This document shows, in pieces, positions 27,545 through 37,578 of a stretch of DNA of 64,000 nt. The notes beneath the pieces are model-generated. The model was not told where the DNA came from and searched no databases. It worked only from the letters and a program-made list of their open reading frames with translations. Both the position numbers and the translations under genes were made by a program. Source of the stretch: an uncultured Coprobacillus sp. (lineage in GTDB: Bacteria > Bacillota_I > Bacilli_A > ML615J-28 > CAG-698). Positions within the stretch are counted from its first letter, which is position 1. Each line of letters opens with the position of its first letter. Location of the stretch: NCBI GenBank assembly GCA_964389905.1, contig CAYMGD010000006.1:1826-65825 (forward strand), in the 5' to 3' direction.

Positions 27545-28444
27545 TTAAATATGTGTATTCTTTATTATCTCAATATCTTTATTTATTTGCTTTTTTAAAT
27601 CATCAAGGTTTGTAAATTTCATTTCTTCGCGTATAAACTTTTGAAACTTAACTGTTATATACTTGTTATAAATATCCTCGTTTAAACCTATTATGTGTAC
27701 TTCGAGCCTTGGATTAGCTAAAGTATCAGTTGAAGGATTGATTCCCACATTACATATACCTAGATACTCACGGTCATCAATTTGGACAGTAGTTTGATAT
27801 ACCCCTTTTTTTATACCTATATATTTGTTTGTCATCGAAAGATTGGCTGTAGGAAAACCTAATTTACTTCCTAAAGCTTTTCCGTGCTCGACAACCCCTG
27901 TAATAGTGTACTCTGGGTAACCTTTTGTTGTGAGTTCATCCACTTTACCTTCTTGAAGTAACTTTCTAATTGTTTCTGATGACATTTTCTTTTGACCATC
28001 CTTTTGAATATCAAGAGATAATAATATAAAATCATCCTTCAGGGTATCGCATGTTCCTATACCTTGATATCCATAATGAAATTCTTTACCGACAACTACC
28101 CTTTTAACACCTATTCTTTTTAATAAATTATTAAAATCAATATAAGACATTTTAAGAATTTCAGGTTCAAGAAGAATCAAATAATCTATTCCATAGTTCT
28201 CAAATATCTTGGTTTTTTCCTCTATAGTCATTATATTGCCTTGATTAACTCTTTTATTAAGAGAATAATCAGGATGGATTTTAAAAGAGATTACTGCCGT
28301 TTTTAAGTCATTATATGCTAAGTTTTGAAATATTTTAATGTGACCTTGATGAATGCCATCAAAAGCTCCTATCGTTACTGATAAAGATTCTTTATCTTCA
28401 TAATATTCTTCACATAGCATATCTTGTAATGTAATTATTTCCAT
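27545..28444 (-). CDS. ribF: Bifunctional riboflavin kinase / FMN adenylyltransferase
   Basis: IGAFDGIHQGH is present in the N-terminus. GFPTANL and the PRLEVH region are present in the C-terminus. Confidence 0.9.
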   Translation of the reverse strand: MEIITLQDMLCEEYYEDKESLSVTIGAFDGIHQGHIKIFQNLAYNDLKTAVISFKIHPDYSLNKRVNQGNIMTIEEKTKIFENYGIDYLILLEPEILKMSYIDFNNLLKRIGVKRVVVGKEFHYGYQGIGTCDTLKDDFILLSLDIQKDGQKKMSSETIRKLLQEGKVDELTTKGYPEYTITGVVEHGKALGSKLGFPTANLSMTNKYIGIKKGVYQTTVQIDDREYLGICNVGINPSTDTLANPRLEVHIIGLNEDIYNKYITVKFQKFIREEMKFTNLDDLKKQINKDIEIIKNTHI

Positions 28445-29973
28445 ATTCTACGCGCCTTAAAGTTGTTTTCATTTATATATTCATATATTGCGATTAGTTT
28501 GTTATGATATGTAATAAAAACATCTTCTTTTGGAACATCATATAATCTTATGGGCATTCCATTGATTACTCTCTTATATAAGAAATCATTCACTTCGTAA
28601 AGATTATAATCTTTTATTGCCTCCATAATGTCTATTATTTTATAATTTCCTTGATAAATATCATCTAAAGTGTAGGCATTTTCTATTTTCATACTTCCTG
28701 AAGCTATACGGCGCAAAGCACTCATAAAAGCAGGATAATTAAGTCTTTTGCCTATCTCTTCGCATAACTTTCTAATATATGTTCCTTTGCTAACACAAGC
28801 ATAAAAGCTAAACTTTAAAGTATCATTTTCATAATATAATTCACTAGTTCTTTGTAATTTATAAATATGATTAGTTTTAACAGGAAGTTCAACTTCATTC
28901 TCATTACCTTTTCTAGCAATTTCGTAAAGTTTTTGACCTCTTACTTTTATAGCACTATGAATTGGTACTTCCATATCAATATCACCAATTAGCTTATTTA
29001 ATATTTCATCAATTTCTTCTTCAGTAATTTTTTCAACCTTTTTTTCTTCAGTTACAGTTCCTTCTAAATCTAAAGTATTTGTGGTTTTACCAATTGTAAC
29101 TTCACTGATATACGTTTTATAGTCTTCAAGTAAGTAATTTGATAATTTTGTAGCATCACCTAACAAAACAACCAAAAGTCCAGTTGCTAATGGATCTAAC
29201 GTTCCAGCGTGACCAATTTTATTAGAACCAATTGCCTTTTTTACTTTTGTAATGCACTCTTGACTAGAAATACCTTTTGCTTTGTCAACTAAAATTATGC
29301 CATTAGGTTCTGCTTCAAACAAATTAAGAATCTCATAAAAAGAATTAATTGTATAATCAGCCCCTGCTGCGACTAATTCCTTTTTAGTGCGAAATCCATA
29401 GCAAGCACCAACAGAATAAATACTAGCATTCTTACCAGTTTCAATATCTACATTGGAATCACCTACATAGATTACTTCATCATTTTCTAATCCCATTTCA
29501 GAAATTATTTCATTTACTGCTGTAGGATCTGGTTTTAGAGGCACTCCTTCACGGCCACCTCTTACAATATCAAATATATCACCAAAGTATTTCTTAACAA
29601 CATCTTTTGTATCGCGTTCAGGTTTGTTTGAAAGTACTGCAAGTTTGATATTTTTCCTTTGTAAGATGTGAAGAGTCTTCACAACGCTTTGATAGGGAAT
29701 TGTTGTATTTGTTTTCCATAGATTATAACTAAACATATAATCATTATATACACTTTCAAATAAGTTCATATCCCATTTACCATCACAAACTTTGTTAAGT
29801 GTTCTTTCAATAAGTACTTTAGCACCATTTCCTACTAAATATTTACTTTCTGAAACTGTTACATTACTTAAACCATTTTTTGATAGTGCGTAATTTAAGG
29901 CTTTCGTAATATCATTAATAGTATTAAGTAAAGTACCATCTAAATCAAATATTATACCTTTATATCTATTCAT
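28435..29973 (-). CDS. truB: Fusion protein: HAD-superfamily phosphatase (Gph/PpaX-like) N-terminal domain plus tRNA pseudouridine(55) synthase TruB
   Basis: This is a single 512-aa ORF. HAD motifs I-IV are present (FDLDGTLLNT, LSNK, KPDP, GDSNVD). From about residue 220 it reads NGIILVDKAKGISSQE...GHAGTLDPLATGLLVVLLG. Confidence 0.85.
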   Translation of the reverse strand: MNRYKGIIFDLDGTLLNTINDITKALNYALSKNGLSNVTVSESKYLVGNGAKVLIERTLNKVCDGKWDMNLFESVYNDYMFSYNLWKTNTTIPYQSVVKTLHILQRKNIKLAVLSNKPERDTKDVVKKYFGDIFDIVRGGREGVPLKPDPTAVNEIISEMGLENDEVIYVGDSNVDIETGKNASIYSVGACYGFRTKKELVAAGADYTINSFYEILNLFEAEPNGIILVDKAKGISSQECITKVKKAIGSNKIGHAGTLDPLATGLLVVLLGDATKLSNYLLEDYKTYISEVTIGKTTNTLDLEGTVTEEKKVEKITEEEIDEILNKLIGDIDMEVPIHSAIKVRGQKLYEIARKGNENEVELPVKTNHIYKLQRTSELYYENDTLKFSFYACVSKGTYIRKLCEEIGKRLNYPAFMSALRRIASGSMKIENAYTLDDIYQGNYKIIDIMEAIKDYNLYEVNDFLYKRVINGMPIRLYDVPKEDVFITYHNKLIAIYEYINENNFKARRIWK

Positions 29974-29975
29974 AT

Positions 29976-31217
29976 TTATCTCACTTCTATCTTACAGCCT
30001 AACTTCTTCAAATCAACAAAAAAATTAGGATAAGATTTATTTACACATTCATAATTATTTATTATTGTTTCACGAGTACAAGTCGCAAGAATTGCTAGAG
30101 CCATACATATACGATGATCGTTATGTGTATCAAAAATAACCTTTTGTTTTTCTAATGGCAAAGAGTATTTTTCTACCATTATAGTGCCGTCATAATAACT
30201 TACTGAAGCATTAATTTTCTTTAGTTCTTCAATCATTGAAGTTATGCGATTAGACTCTTTATAAACTAAACGCTCAGCATTAATAATTTTTCCACCTGTA
30301 AATAAGCAGAGAATCATCAAAATTGGTCCTAAGTCAGGATTATTCTTAATATCAAATTCTAAACCTTCGCAAGAAGAAAAATCTTTCTTTTGGAAATTTC
30401 CGTACTTCTTTCGCATCATATCAAATATTCTTTTATCACCCTGTAAAGAATTTGAGTTAAGATTATGTGAATCGATAGTTATATCACCATTAATCAAACC
30501 TAAAAATGCAAAACTTATAGTTTGAGTGTAATCTCCTTCAATATTATATGTTGTACCTTTATAGGTTTGATTGCCTTGAATTATAAATTTATTATTTTCA
30601 TAATAAATATTGATTCCAAATTTCTTTAGGACTGCAATAGTTAAGTAAACATAATCTTTAGATTCTAAATTATTAACTTCTAAAGTACTATTTCCATCAA
30701 GTAATGGCAAAGCAAAAAGCAAACCACTAACATATTGACTACTAACATTTCCATTAATAACAAAATCACCAGGTTTTAATTGACCTTTTCCTGAAACTAT
30801 ATTATTATCATGTTTAAAGAAAATATTGTTTTCCATGAACAATTTGTCGTATTCATTTAAAGGTCGTTTCAAAAGGCTTTCCGAACAATTAATTCTAAAC
30901 TCTAAGCCTAAAGCATAAAGTATTGGAATAGCAAAACGTAACGTTGAAGCACTTTCTTTGATATCAAACTCAATATAATTATTTATATTATTTTTTTTAG
31001 GTGAAACTTGTAATTGGGCATTTATTTCAATACTTCTTCCTAAAGCTTTCCCAAAAGTTAAAGTATCAAGAATATCTTGTGACTCATATTCTCCACTTGT
31101 CAATATACTTTTATCATAAGCCAGAAAAGAACAAATTAGCGCTCTATGAGTAACACTTTTCGATGGTACAGGAAAGTATTTACCGATGGCTTTACTTTTA
31201 TTTATTACCAAGTCCAT
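29976..31217 (-). CDS. aroA: 3-phosphoshikimate 1-carboxyvinyltransferase (EPSP synthase)
   Basis: The 413-aa protein contains PSKSVTHRALI and lies in the aro operon. Confidence 0.9.
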   Translation of the reverse strand: MDLVINKSKAIGKYFPVPSKSVTHRALICSFLAYDKSILTSGEYESQDILDTLTFGKALGRSIEINAQLQVSPKKNNINNYIEFDIKESASTLRFAIPILYALGLEFRINCSESLLKRPLNEYDKLFMENNIFFKHDNNIVSGKGQLKPGDFVINGNVSSQYVSGLLFALPLLDGNSTLEVNNLESKDYVYLTIAVLKKFGINIYYENNKFIIQGNQTYKGTTYNIEGDYTQTISFAFLGLINGDITIDSHNLNSNSLQGDKRIFDMMRKKYGNFQKKDFSSCEGLEFDIKNNPDLGPILMILCLFTGGKIINAERLVYKESNRITSMIEELKKINASVSYYDGTIMVEKYSLPLEKQKVIFDTHNDHRICMALAILATCTRETIINNYECVNKSYPNFFVDLKKLGCKIEVR

Positions 31218-32239
31218 TATATTTCTCTACCTATTGCCAAAGCAACTTTTTGAGCTTTTTCCATAACATTTTCTAGTTTTGATATTTTAAGCGATTGCTT
31301 TCCATCGCTTAAAGCCTTTTCAGGTGTTTCAAGGACCTCAAGCATAATGCCATCAGCGCCACAAGCAATTGCTGCTAAGACCATTGATTCAACCAAAGTA
31401 AAATCACCTAATGCATGCGAAGGATCAACAATCACTGGCAAGTGAGAAAGTTTCTTTAGTAATGGCACACTTGATAAATCTAAAACATATCTAGTACTTT
31501 TATCAAATGATCTTATACCTCTCTCACAAAGGATAACATTAGGATTACCATTTGATAATATGTACTCACTAGAAAGAAGTAATTCGTCAATTGTCGCTTC
31601 AGGACCTCTTTTTAATAAAACTGGTTTATTTTGCTTTCCTAAAGCTTTTAGTAGTTCATAATTTTTCATATTACGAGCTCCAACTTGAATAATATCAACA
31701 TCAACAAATTTATCAATATCCGTAGTCTTTGTTATTTCGGAAACAATAGGAATATTAAATTCTTTCTTTATTTGTGATAATATTTTTAACCCTTCTTCTT
31801 CTAAGCCTTGAAAGAAATATGGTGATGTACGTGGTTTATACGCCCCGCCACGCATAATTGGTATACCTAATTTTGATAGGTCCAAAGCAATTGCTTTCGC
31901 ATCATCGTAAGAAACAATGCTACAAGGGCCTGCAATAAAGGCTATTTTTTTATCACCAATAGACACTTGAGAATTTATATTTATAATTGTTTTTTCTTGT
32001 TTTGTCTCAAGACTTGCTAATTTATAAGTTTTTGTTAAGCGAACACAAGAAAGAACTTTTGGTAAACAAAGGATTGATTGTTCATCAAGTTTATAAGTAT
32101 CTCCAGTTAAAAAGAAAATTTTCTTTAAGGATGACATATCTTGAGAAGCTTCACTAATTTCAACATTTCTTTGTTTAAAATACTCAGTTATTTCTTTAAT
32201 TTCTTGACTTGTTATATTACTAGATACAGTTATTATCAT
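31217..32239 (-). CDS. aroF: 3-deoxy-7-phosphoheptulonate (DAHP) synthase, type I-beta, with an N-terminal regulatory-type domain of about 80 aa
   Basis: IAGPCSIVS, MRGGAYKPRTSPY and VDPSHA are present. The N-terminal extension precedes the catalytic barrel. Confidence 0.9.
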   Translation of the reverse strand: MIITVSSNITSQEIKEITEYFKQRNVEISEASQDMSSLKKIFFLTGDTYKLDEQSILCLPKVLSCVRLTKTYKLASLETKQEKTIININSQVSIGDKKIAFIAGPCSIVSYDDAKAIALDLSKLGIPIMRGGAYKPRTSPYFFQGLEEEGLKILSQIKKEFNIPIVSEITKTTDIDKFVDVDIIQVGARNMKNYELLKALGKQNKPVLLKRGPEATIDELLLSSEYILSNGNPNVILCERGIRSFDKSTRYVLDLSSVPLLKKLSHLPVIVDPSHALGDFTLVESMVLAAIACGADGIMLEVLETPEKALSDGKQSLKISKLENVMEKAQKVALAIGREI

Positions 32240-32294
32240 ATCATCACATCTTTTCTATATTAATATTAATGTATTATTATTTCTATATTATATA

Positions 32295-33578
32295 TTATTT
32301 TATATTCATAATAGTTTTAATTTTTTCACATAATATATTTTCATTATCATATATATTATTATTTAAAGTCACTACAAAATCAGCAGCCTTTTTATATAAG
32401 TCATATCTCATCTCATATAACCTAACCAAATCATCTTTACTTTTTAATAGTGGTCTATTATTGTCATTATTCTTAATCATGTAATCATAAGATTCTTCTA
32501 AAATCTCTAATGGTTTATCGATAAAGATTATAATCCCTTTATGTTTTAGTCTTTTGATATTAATATTATTAAGAATAATTCCTCCACCAGAAGAAATAAT
32601 TAAATTTTCTTTTTTAGAAATTTCTTCACACACTTTTATTTCTAACTTTCGAAAATATGATTCACCAAAAAGATTAAATATACTATCAATACATCCATTT
32701 TGATTTTCGATTATTTTATCAGTTTCAATTACTTCTCTTTCAGGGAAAACTAATTTTAATTTTCCAGCAAGAGTACTTTTTCCCGAAAGTGGCATACCAA
32801 TTAATACTATATTTTTCTTTTCATTAAGTTTTTGGAAAATTCTTTTGTAAAGATTATAATCTATATTATCCAAATTCTTATCTTTATATATTTGATAAGC
32901 ATATATAGCTTGATAAATAAGTATTGATAGTCCATTAACTGCTTTGATTCCTTTTGCTTCAGCATCTATTATTAGATTAGTACGTTCAGGATTATAAATA
33001 AAATCAATAACAGTACTTAAATTAGTAAACAAATCTAAATCAATTACCCTTTCATCCATTTTAGGATACATTCCAACAGGAGTTGTATTGATTATTATAT
33101 CAATTCTTTCAGCAATTGATTTTAAATTTTCGTATGAAATATATTTATTATCTTGATGTGGTGTTCGTGAAGCAATATAAAGTTCTTTAGCTTTATTTTT
33201 TAAGGCATATTGAACCATCTTAGAGGTTCCACCAGAACCTAAAATCAGTATATTCTTATTACAATCTATTTCATTATCTAATAATATCTTATTAAAAGCT
33301 AAATAGTCAGTATTATAGCCATATAACTTATTATTTTTATTAACTACTAGATTTAAAGCATTAATTTGCTTTACTTCTGGTGATAGAATATCAACTTTAC
33401 TGACCACTTTTTCTTTATAAGGAATAGTAACATTTACATAATCAAAGTTTTTTCTTTCAAGAAAAATATTTACTTCTTCTTCAGTAAAATTAAATAATTG
33501 ATATGTTTTTGGTTCAAACATTTGATGAATTATTTGAGAATATGAATGTTTTAATTCCTTGCCTATTAAGCCACGCAT
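32295..33578 (-). CDS. aroE/aroK: Fusion protein: shikimate dehydrogenase (AroE) plus shikimate kinase (AroK)
   Basis: The N-terminus has GLIGKELKHSYSQIIHQ, VNVTIPYK, NTD and GSGGTS. The C-terminus has IVLIGMPLSGKSTLAG (Walker A). Confidence 0.85.
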   Translation of the reverse strand: MRGLIGKELKHSYSQIIHQMFEPKTYQLFNFTEEEVNIFLERKNFDYVNVTIPYKEKVVSKVDILSPEVKQINALNLVVNKNNKLYGYNTDYLAFNKILLDNEIDCNKNILILGSGGTSKMVQYALKNKAKELYIASRTPHQDNKYISYENLKSIAERIDIIINTTPVGMYPKMDERVIDLDLFTNLSTVIDFIYNPERTNLIIDAEAKGIKAVNGLSILIYQAIYAYQIYKDKNLDNIDYNLYKRIFQKLNEKKNIVLIGMPLSGKSTLAGKLKLVFPEREVIETDKIIENQNGCIDSIFNLFGESYFRKLEIKVCEEISKKENLIISSGGGIILNNINIKRLKHKGIIIFIDKPLEILEESYDYMIKNNDNNRPLLKSKDDLVRLYEMRYDLYKKAADFVVTLNNNIYDNENILCEKIKTIMNIK

Positions 33579-33583
33579 TATAA

Positions 33584-34654
33584 TTACCTCATCACAGAAT
33601 AAGAAATAAGCAAGTCTAAAATCGCCATAGCAATTACACTCTCAACAATAACATCACAGCGAACAGCATAGCAAGTATCGTGATTACCTTTAAATTCATA
33701 AGTTATATTTTCTTTTGTGATAACATTGATTGTATTTTGTTTTAAACCTATTGTTGGTGTTGGCTTAAAATATGTTTTTACTCTTATCATTTCACCATTT
33801 GATAAACCACCATTTATACCGCCATTATGATTTGATAAAAATATAACTTTAGAGTTTTCATACTTAAGCATATCATTAACTTTACTACCATTTAAATATG
33901 CCATTTCTAAACCATCGCCAAAGATAACTCCTTTAACTCCAGGGATACTGAAAAGGTAATGCGAGATAACTGCTTCAAGGGAATCAAAGAATGGCTCACC
34001 AACACCAGTTGGCATTCCTTCAACAACCCCTTCAACAACTCCTCCCAAAGAGTCCTTTTTTTCTTTATTTGTAATAATCGTCTTTATTGCTTCACTATAT
34101 TTTTCTTCATCAAGCATTTTTGCATTTGTATAAAGTTTATTTTTGTTATTTTCATTTATATCTTCATCAAAGATACTACCAATGCTATATAAATGCGAGC
34201 CAATTTTTATATCTGGATATTTTATTTTTAATACCTCTTTACAAATTGCTCCAGCAACAACCAGTAAAGCCGTTAAACGCCCAGAAAAATGTCCACCGCC
34301 GCGATAATCATTACATCCATTGGTTCTAATGTATGCTGGCAAGTCAGCATGAGAAGGGCGAATTAGTCCCTTTTCGTAGTTTGAACTATTATAGTTTTTA
34401 TTCTTTATAGTTATTGTTAAAGGAAATGATGTTGTAAAGTCTTCAAATAAACCACTTATAATTTCAAATTCATCATCTTCTATTCGAGCATTAGATATTT
34501 CCTTTAAAGGTTTTCGACGTTTTAGTTCTTCTTTTATAAAACTTTTATCAATTTTGATTCCTGAAGGCAAACCATTGATAGTTATTCCCATAATATCACT
34601 ATGTGATTCACCAAATAAAGAAAAAACAATATTATTTCCTATATATGATTTCAT
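33584..34654 (-). CDS. aroC: Chorismate synthase
   Basis: FGESHS, RPSHAD and GGGHFSGR are present. I placed the start at the ATG at 34654, which has a GGAGG RBS; it overlaps the aroB 3' end by 23 nt. Confidence 0.9.
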   Translation of the reverse strand: MKSYIGNNIVFSLFGESHSDIMGITINGLPSGIKIDKSFIKEELKRRKPLKEISNARIEDDEFEIISGLFEDFTTSFPLTITIKNKNYNSSNYEKGLIRPSHADLPAYIRTNGCNDYRGGGHFSGRLTALLVVAGAICKEVLKIKYPDIKIGSHLYSIGSIFDEDINENNKNKLYTNAKMLDEEKYSEAIKTIITNKEKKDSLGGVVEGVVEGMPTGVGEPFFDSLEAVISHYLFSIPGVKGVIFGDGLEMAYLNGSKVNDMLKYENSKVIFLSNHNGGINGGLSNGEMIRVKTYFKPTPTIGLKQNTINVITKENITYEFKGNHDTCYAVRCDVIVESVIAMAILDLLISYSVMR

Positions 34655-35678
34655 CAAATGCCTCCATAACTTCTTGCACACTCATTTGTTTTATATATGG
34701 TTCACCTATTCCTGAAAGCAAGACAACTGATACCATATTAGAATCATTCTTTTTATCATTTAATAAACATTTTTCTATTTTATCTTTTTCTATTTTTTTT
34801 ATGTTTTGTATCAATTCACTAACATTAATGAATTTATTTATTATGTTCTTTATATCTTCACTTTGTTTTCCTGAAAAGAAAAGCATTCCTATTGCTACAG
34901 CATAGCCATGAAGCAAATTTAGATTAAGTTCTAAAGCATGACCTAATGTATGACCAAAATTCAAGAATCTTCTTTCGTTCGTATCATAATAATCTTTTTC
35001 AATAAGTTTCTTTTTAACCATTAAACTGCGTGTTATTATTGTTTTATTTTGGTCTATATCATTTTTATTAAAGTTATTATTTTTAAATAAATCAAATAAT
35101 TCTTTATCACCAATTAAAGCACATTTAAGACTTTCCATTAATCCATTATAATAATGCTCCTGAGGTAAAGATTTTAAAAAGCTTGGATCAATGAATACTT
35201 TATCAATACGAGTATAAGTTCCAATACAATTTTTTATATATCCTACATCTAAAGCAGTTTTGCCACCAATAGAACTATCAACCATTGCAAGCATTGTTGT
35301 TGGAACATTTATATATTTCATTCCTCTTTTGTATGTAGAAGCAACAAATCCACAAAGATCTCCTATCACTCCACCGCCAAAAGCAATTAATAAATCATTT
35401 TTTGTAAAGGATTTTTCTAGTAAAAGATTAATTATTTTTTCATATACGGGAAGTGATTTGTTTTTTTCGCCATTTTCAAGAACACAAACATATAATTGTC
35501 CTATTGAATTATATTGATTTGTTAATGCTTGATAATATTCCTTTGGTATATTATCATCAGTAACTAATAATATTTTAGAATATTTTTTAGATTCTAAATA
35601 GTTATAAATGTCACTAGTAACATTTTCTTTTATAATCACTTCATAAGATTCTGATAAATTATTTACATTTATTTGCAT
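34632..35678 (-). CDS. aroB: 3-dehydroquinate synthase
   Basis: GGGVIGDLCGFVAS, DSSIGGKT and NFGHTLGHALE are present. Confidence 0.9.
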   Translation of the reverse strand: MQINVNNLSESYEVIIKENVTSDIYNYLESKKYSKILLVTDDNIPKEYYQALTNQYNSIGQLYVCVLENGEKNKSLPVYEKIINLLLEKSFTKNDLLIAFGGGVIGDLCGFVASTYKRGMKYINVPTTMLAMVDSSIGGKTALDVGYIKNCIGTYTRIDKVFIDPSFLKSLPQEHYYNGLMESLKCALIGDKELFDLFKNNNFNKNDIDQNKTIITRSLMVKKKLIEKDYYDTNERRFLNFGHTLGHALELNLNLLHGYAVAIGMLFFSGKQSEDIKNIINKFINVSELIQNIKKIEKDKIEKCLLNDKKNDSNMVSVVLLSGIGEPYIKQMSVQEVMEAFDEIIYRK

Positions 35679-35719
35679 AGATTATCCTTTAACTATATCT
35701 TTTAAAAAGTATATATTAT

Positions 35720-35748
35720 ATTATAATGCAAAATAGCATTAAAATCAA
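35720..35748 (-). promoter_or_regulatory. aro operon promoter (TTGATT-N17-TATAAT)
   Basis: The -35 is at 35743-35748 and the -10 at 35720-35725. Confidence 0.5.
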
Positions 35749-35975
35749 CAAAATTTCATTATGCATTTCTCACTTTTCAGTTTTCATAAAAAATCGTGAA
35801 AAAAAACTTTTTGTAATAGTTTTTTAAAACATTATACAAAAAGGACAATCTAATTACTATAAAGATTATATCACAATTAATTCTTTTTTAAAAGTAAAAA
35901 TTAAATTTTTGTTATTTACAGTGCTAAAATTCTAAATAAATAATGTTGTTTCAAGAGCATAAAGCATTGCTCGGT

Positions 35976-36343
35976 TCATAGAAGTACCTCAAAATACTGA
36001 CGCAAAACGTTTATTACTCGCATTTGTTTTGCATAAACATTTAATTTATTCAAATTCTTTTTGGGATTTCTAGCATACGTTTTTAGTGCAGCCAAAAATG
36101 TTTCTGTACCAATAATGCACTTTCGTGAAAAAAATAATTTTTGTAGAACGATTGCTGATGGCAAGAAATTCATCTTCTAGTTCATTGGGAAAAATATATT
36201 GGCCATTTGCAATTCGTTCAATTTTATCTTTGCGGCATAGTTTGTAAAGCATTGTTTTAGAAATACCATACTCTCCTGCTATCTTTGTTTGGATAATGTC
36301 CATTCTTTTTGGCAATTTTAGAAAGTTCATTCATAAAATACAT
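35976..36343 (-). pseudogene. Frameshifted and truncated AbiEi-family (type IV TA) antitoxin remnant
   Basis: A GAGGTGA RBS precedes the ATG at 36343, giving MYFMNELSKIAKKNG. A second frame gives DIIQTKIAGEYGISKTMLYKLCRKDKIERIANGQYIFPNELEDEF. A third frame gives FFHESALL after a T7 run. The fragments together match the AbiEi_4 N-terminal pattern. No AbiEii toxin gene follows. Confidence 0.5.
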
Positions 36344-36561
36344 TAGTTCACCTCATTACAATAACTCAAGAATATTGTACTCATTATTATTTTTGAAGTC
36401 AATGTTTAAAAAACTTATGTTTTGGAAAACTTTTATCATAATTTTTTGAATTATATTATGATAAAAGTCAATGAATTAATTTAATTATTTTTGTTACTAT
36501 ACATAAAATACTTGTAATTCAATTAAAATAACTATATAATTATATTATATGAGGTAATATT

Positions 36562-36825
36562 ATGACAGAAATAAATGAAATACGAAAACAAATTGATATA
36601 ATTGATAAAGAAATGGCGATACTTTTTTCTAAAAGAATGGATTTAATCAAAGAAATCAAGAAAAAAAAGAAAAAAGATAATATTGATATTGTTGATAATA
36701 ATCGTGAAAATAACATTAAAGAAGAAAACCTAAAATACGTAAGTGAAGAGTATAAAAATGAATATCTTGAGTTTATTGAAAATATTCTCTCAATATCAAA
36801 AAATTATCAAAGAAAAGAGGAATAA
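36562..36825 (+). CDS. Chorismate mutase (AroQ class, CM_2)
   Basis: The 87-aa protein contains IRKQIDIIDKEMAILFSKRMDLIKEIKKKK. A GAGG RBS is present. Confidence 0.8.
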   Translation: MTEINEIRKQIDIIDKEMAILFSKRMDLIKEIKKKKKKDNIDIVDNNRENNIKEENLKYVSEEYKNEYLEFIENILSISKNYQRKEE

Positions 36826-36826
36826 A

Positions 36827-37540
36827 ATGAAAAACAAAAAAGATAATTTTTCATATACTTTAGGAATAACATTAACTTTTGAACTTCTTCTAAAGAAAAG
36901 TTCTGCTGCGGTTTGCGTTTATCTTCACTCCAAGTTTTCTGAAGCAAATTCTTATAATAAACTTATAGAGTTATGTAATGATAAAGGAATTGAAATTATT
37001 CATTCCGATAAGATTTTTAATATTCTTTCCCAAAAAGAAAATTGTTATGTTATTGGTAAATTCAATAGATTTACTTCTTCTATTGTTCCAGCCGAAAACC
37101 ATATCGTATTAGTTAATCCTAGTAATGCTGGTAATTTAGGAACAATGATTCGTTCTGCTGTTGGTTTTGGAATTAACAATATTGCTATTGTTTCACCTGC
37201 AGTTGATATCTTTGATACGAAATGTGTGAGAGCATCAATGGGTTCACTGTTTTCTGTTTCTTTTGAGTATTTTTCCTCATTTGAGGAATATGAACAAAAG
37301 TTTTCTAAACATACAATGTATCCTTTTATGCTTAAAGGTAAAAACAACCTTTCGAAAACAGAATTTACTTTTCCTTGCTCTCTAATCTTTGGTAATGAAG
37401 CAACAGGTTTACCTGATGACTTCTTAAAATATCCAAATAGTGTAATAATTAAACATTCAAATGATATAGATAGTCTTAATTTAACAATAGCTATGAGCAT
37501 TGCTTGTTATGAAGCAACAAAAAATCATTTTACTAAATAA
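36827..37540 (+). CDS. TrmH/SpoU family RNA 2'-O-methyltransferase
   Basis: SpoU motifs NPSNAGNLGTMIRSA, LIFGNEATGL and SLNLTIAMSIACYE are present. I placed the start at the ATG at 36827, just after the chorismate mutase stop. Confidence 0.85.
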   Translation: MKNKKDNFSYTLGITLTFELLLKKSSAAVCVYLHSKFSEANSYNKLIELCNDKGIEIIHSDKIFNILSQKENCYVIGKFNRFTSSIVPAENHIVLVNPSNAGNLGTMIRSAVGFGINNIAIVSPAVDIFDTKCVRASMGSLFSVSFEYFSSFEEYEQKFSKHTMYPFMLKGKNNLSKTEFTFPCSLIFGNEATGLPDDFLKYPNSVIIKHSNDIDSLNLTIAMSIACYEATKNHFTK

Positions 37541-37578
37541 AAGCCAATATGGGATTTTAAATCTCCATACTGGTTTTT

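Noticed and set aside
32269-32484. A plus-strand 71-aa ORF at the aroE/K 3' end.
   Set aside because: It is antisense to the aroE/K gene, has an extremely low-complexity Ile/Tyr/Phe-rich product, and has no RBS.
35679-35975. A T-box or riboswitch leader upstream of the aro operon, and similarly upstream of argS.
   Set aside because: No T-box signature (AGAGA/GGUGGUACCGCG-type) or terminator/antiterminator pair was found. argS has only a 26-nt gap to the upstream gene.
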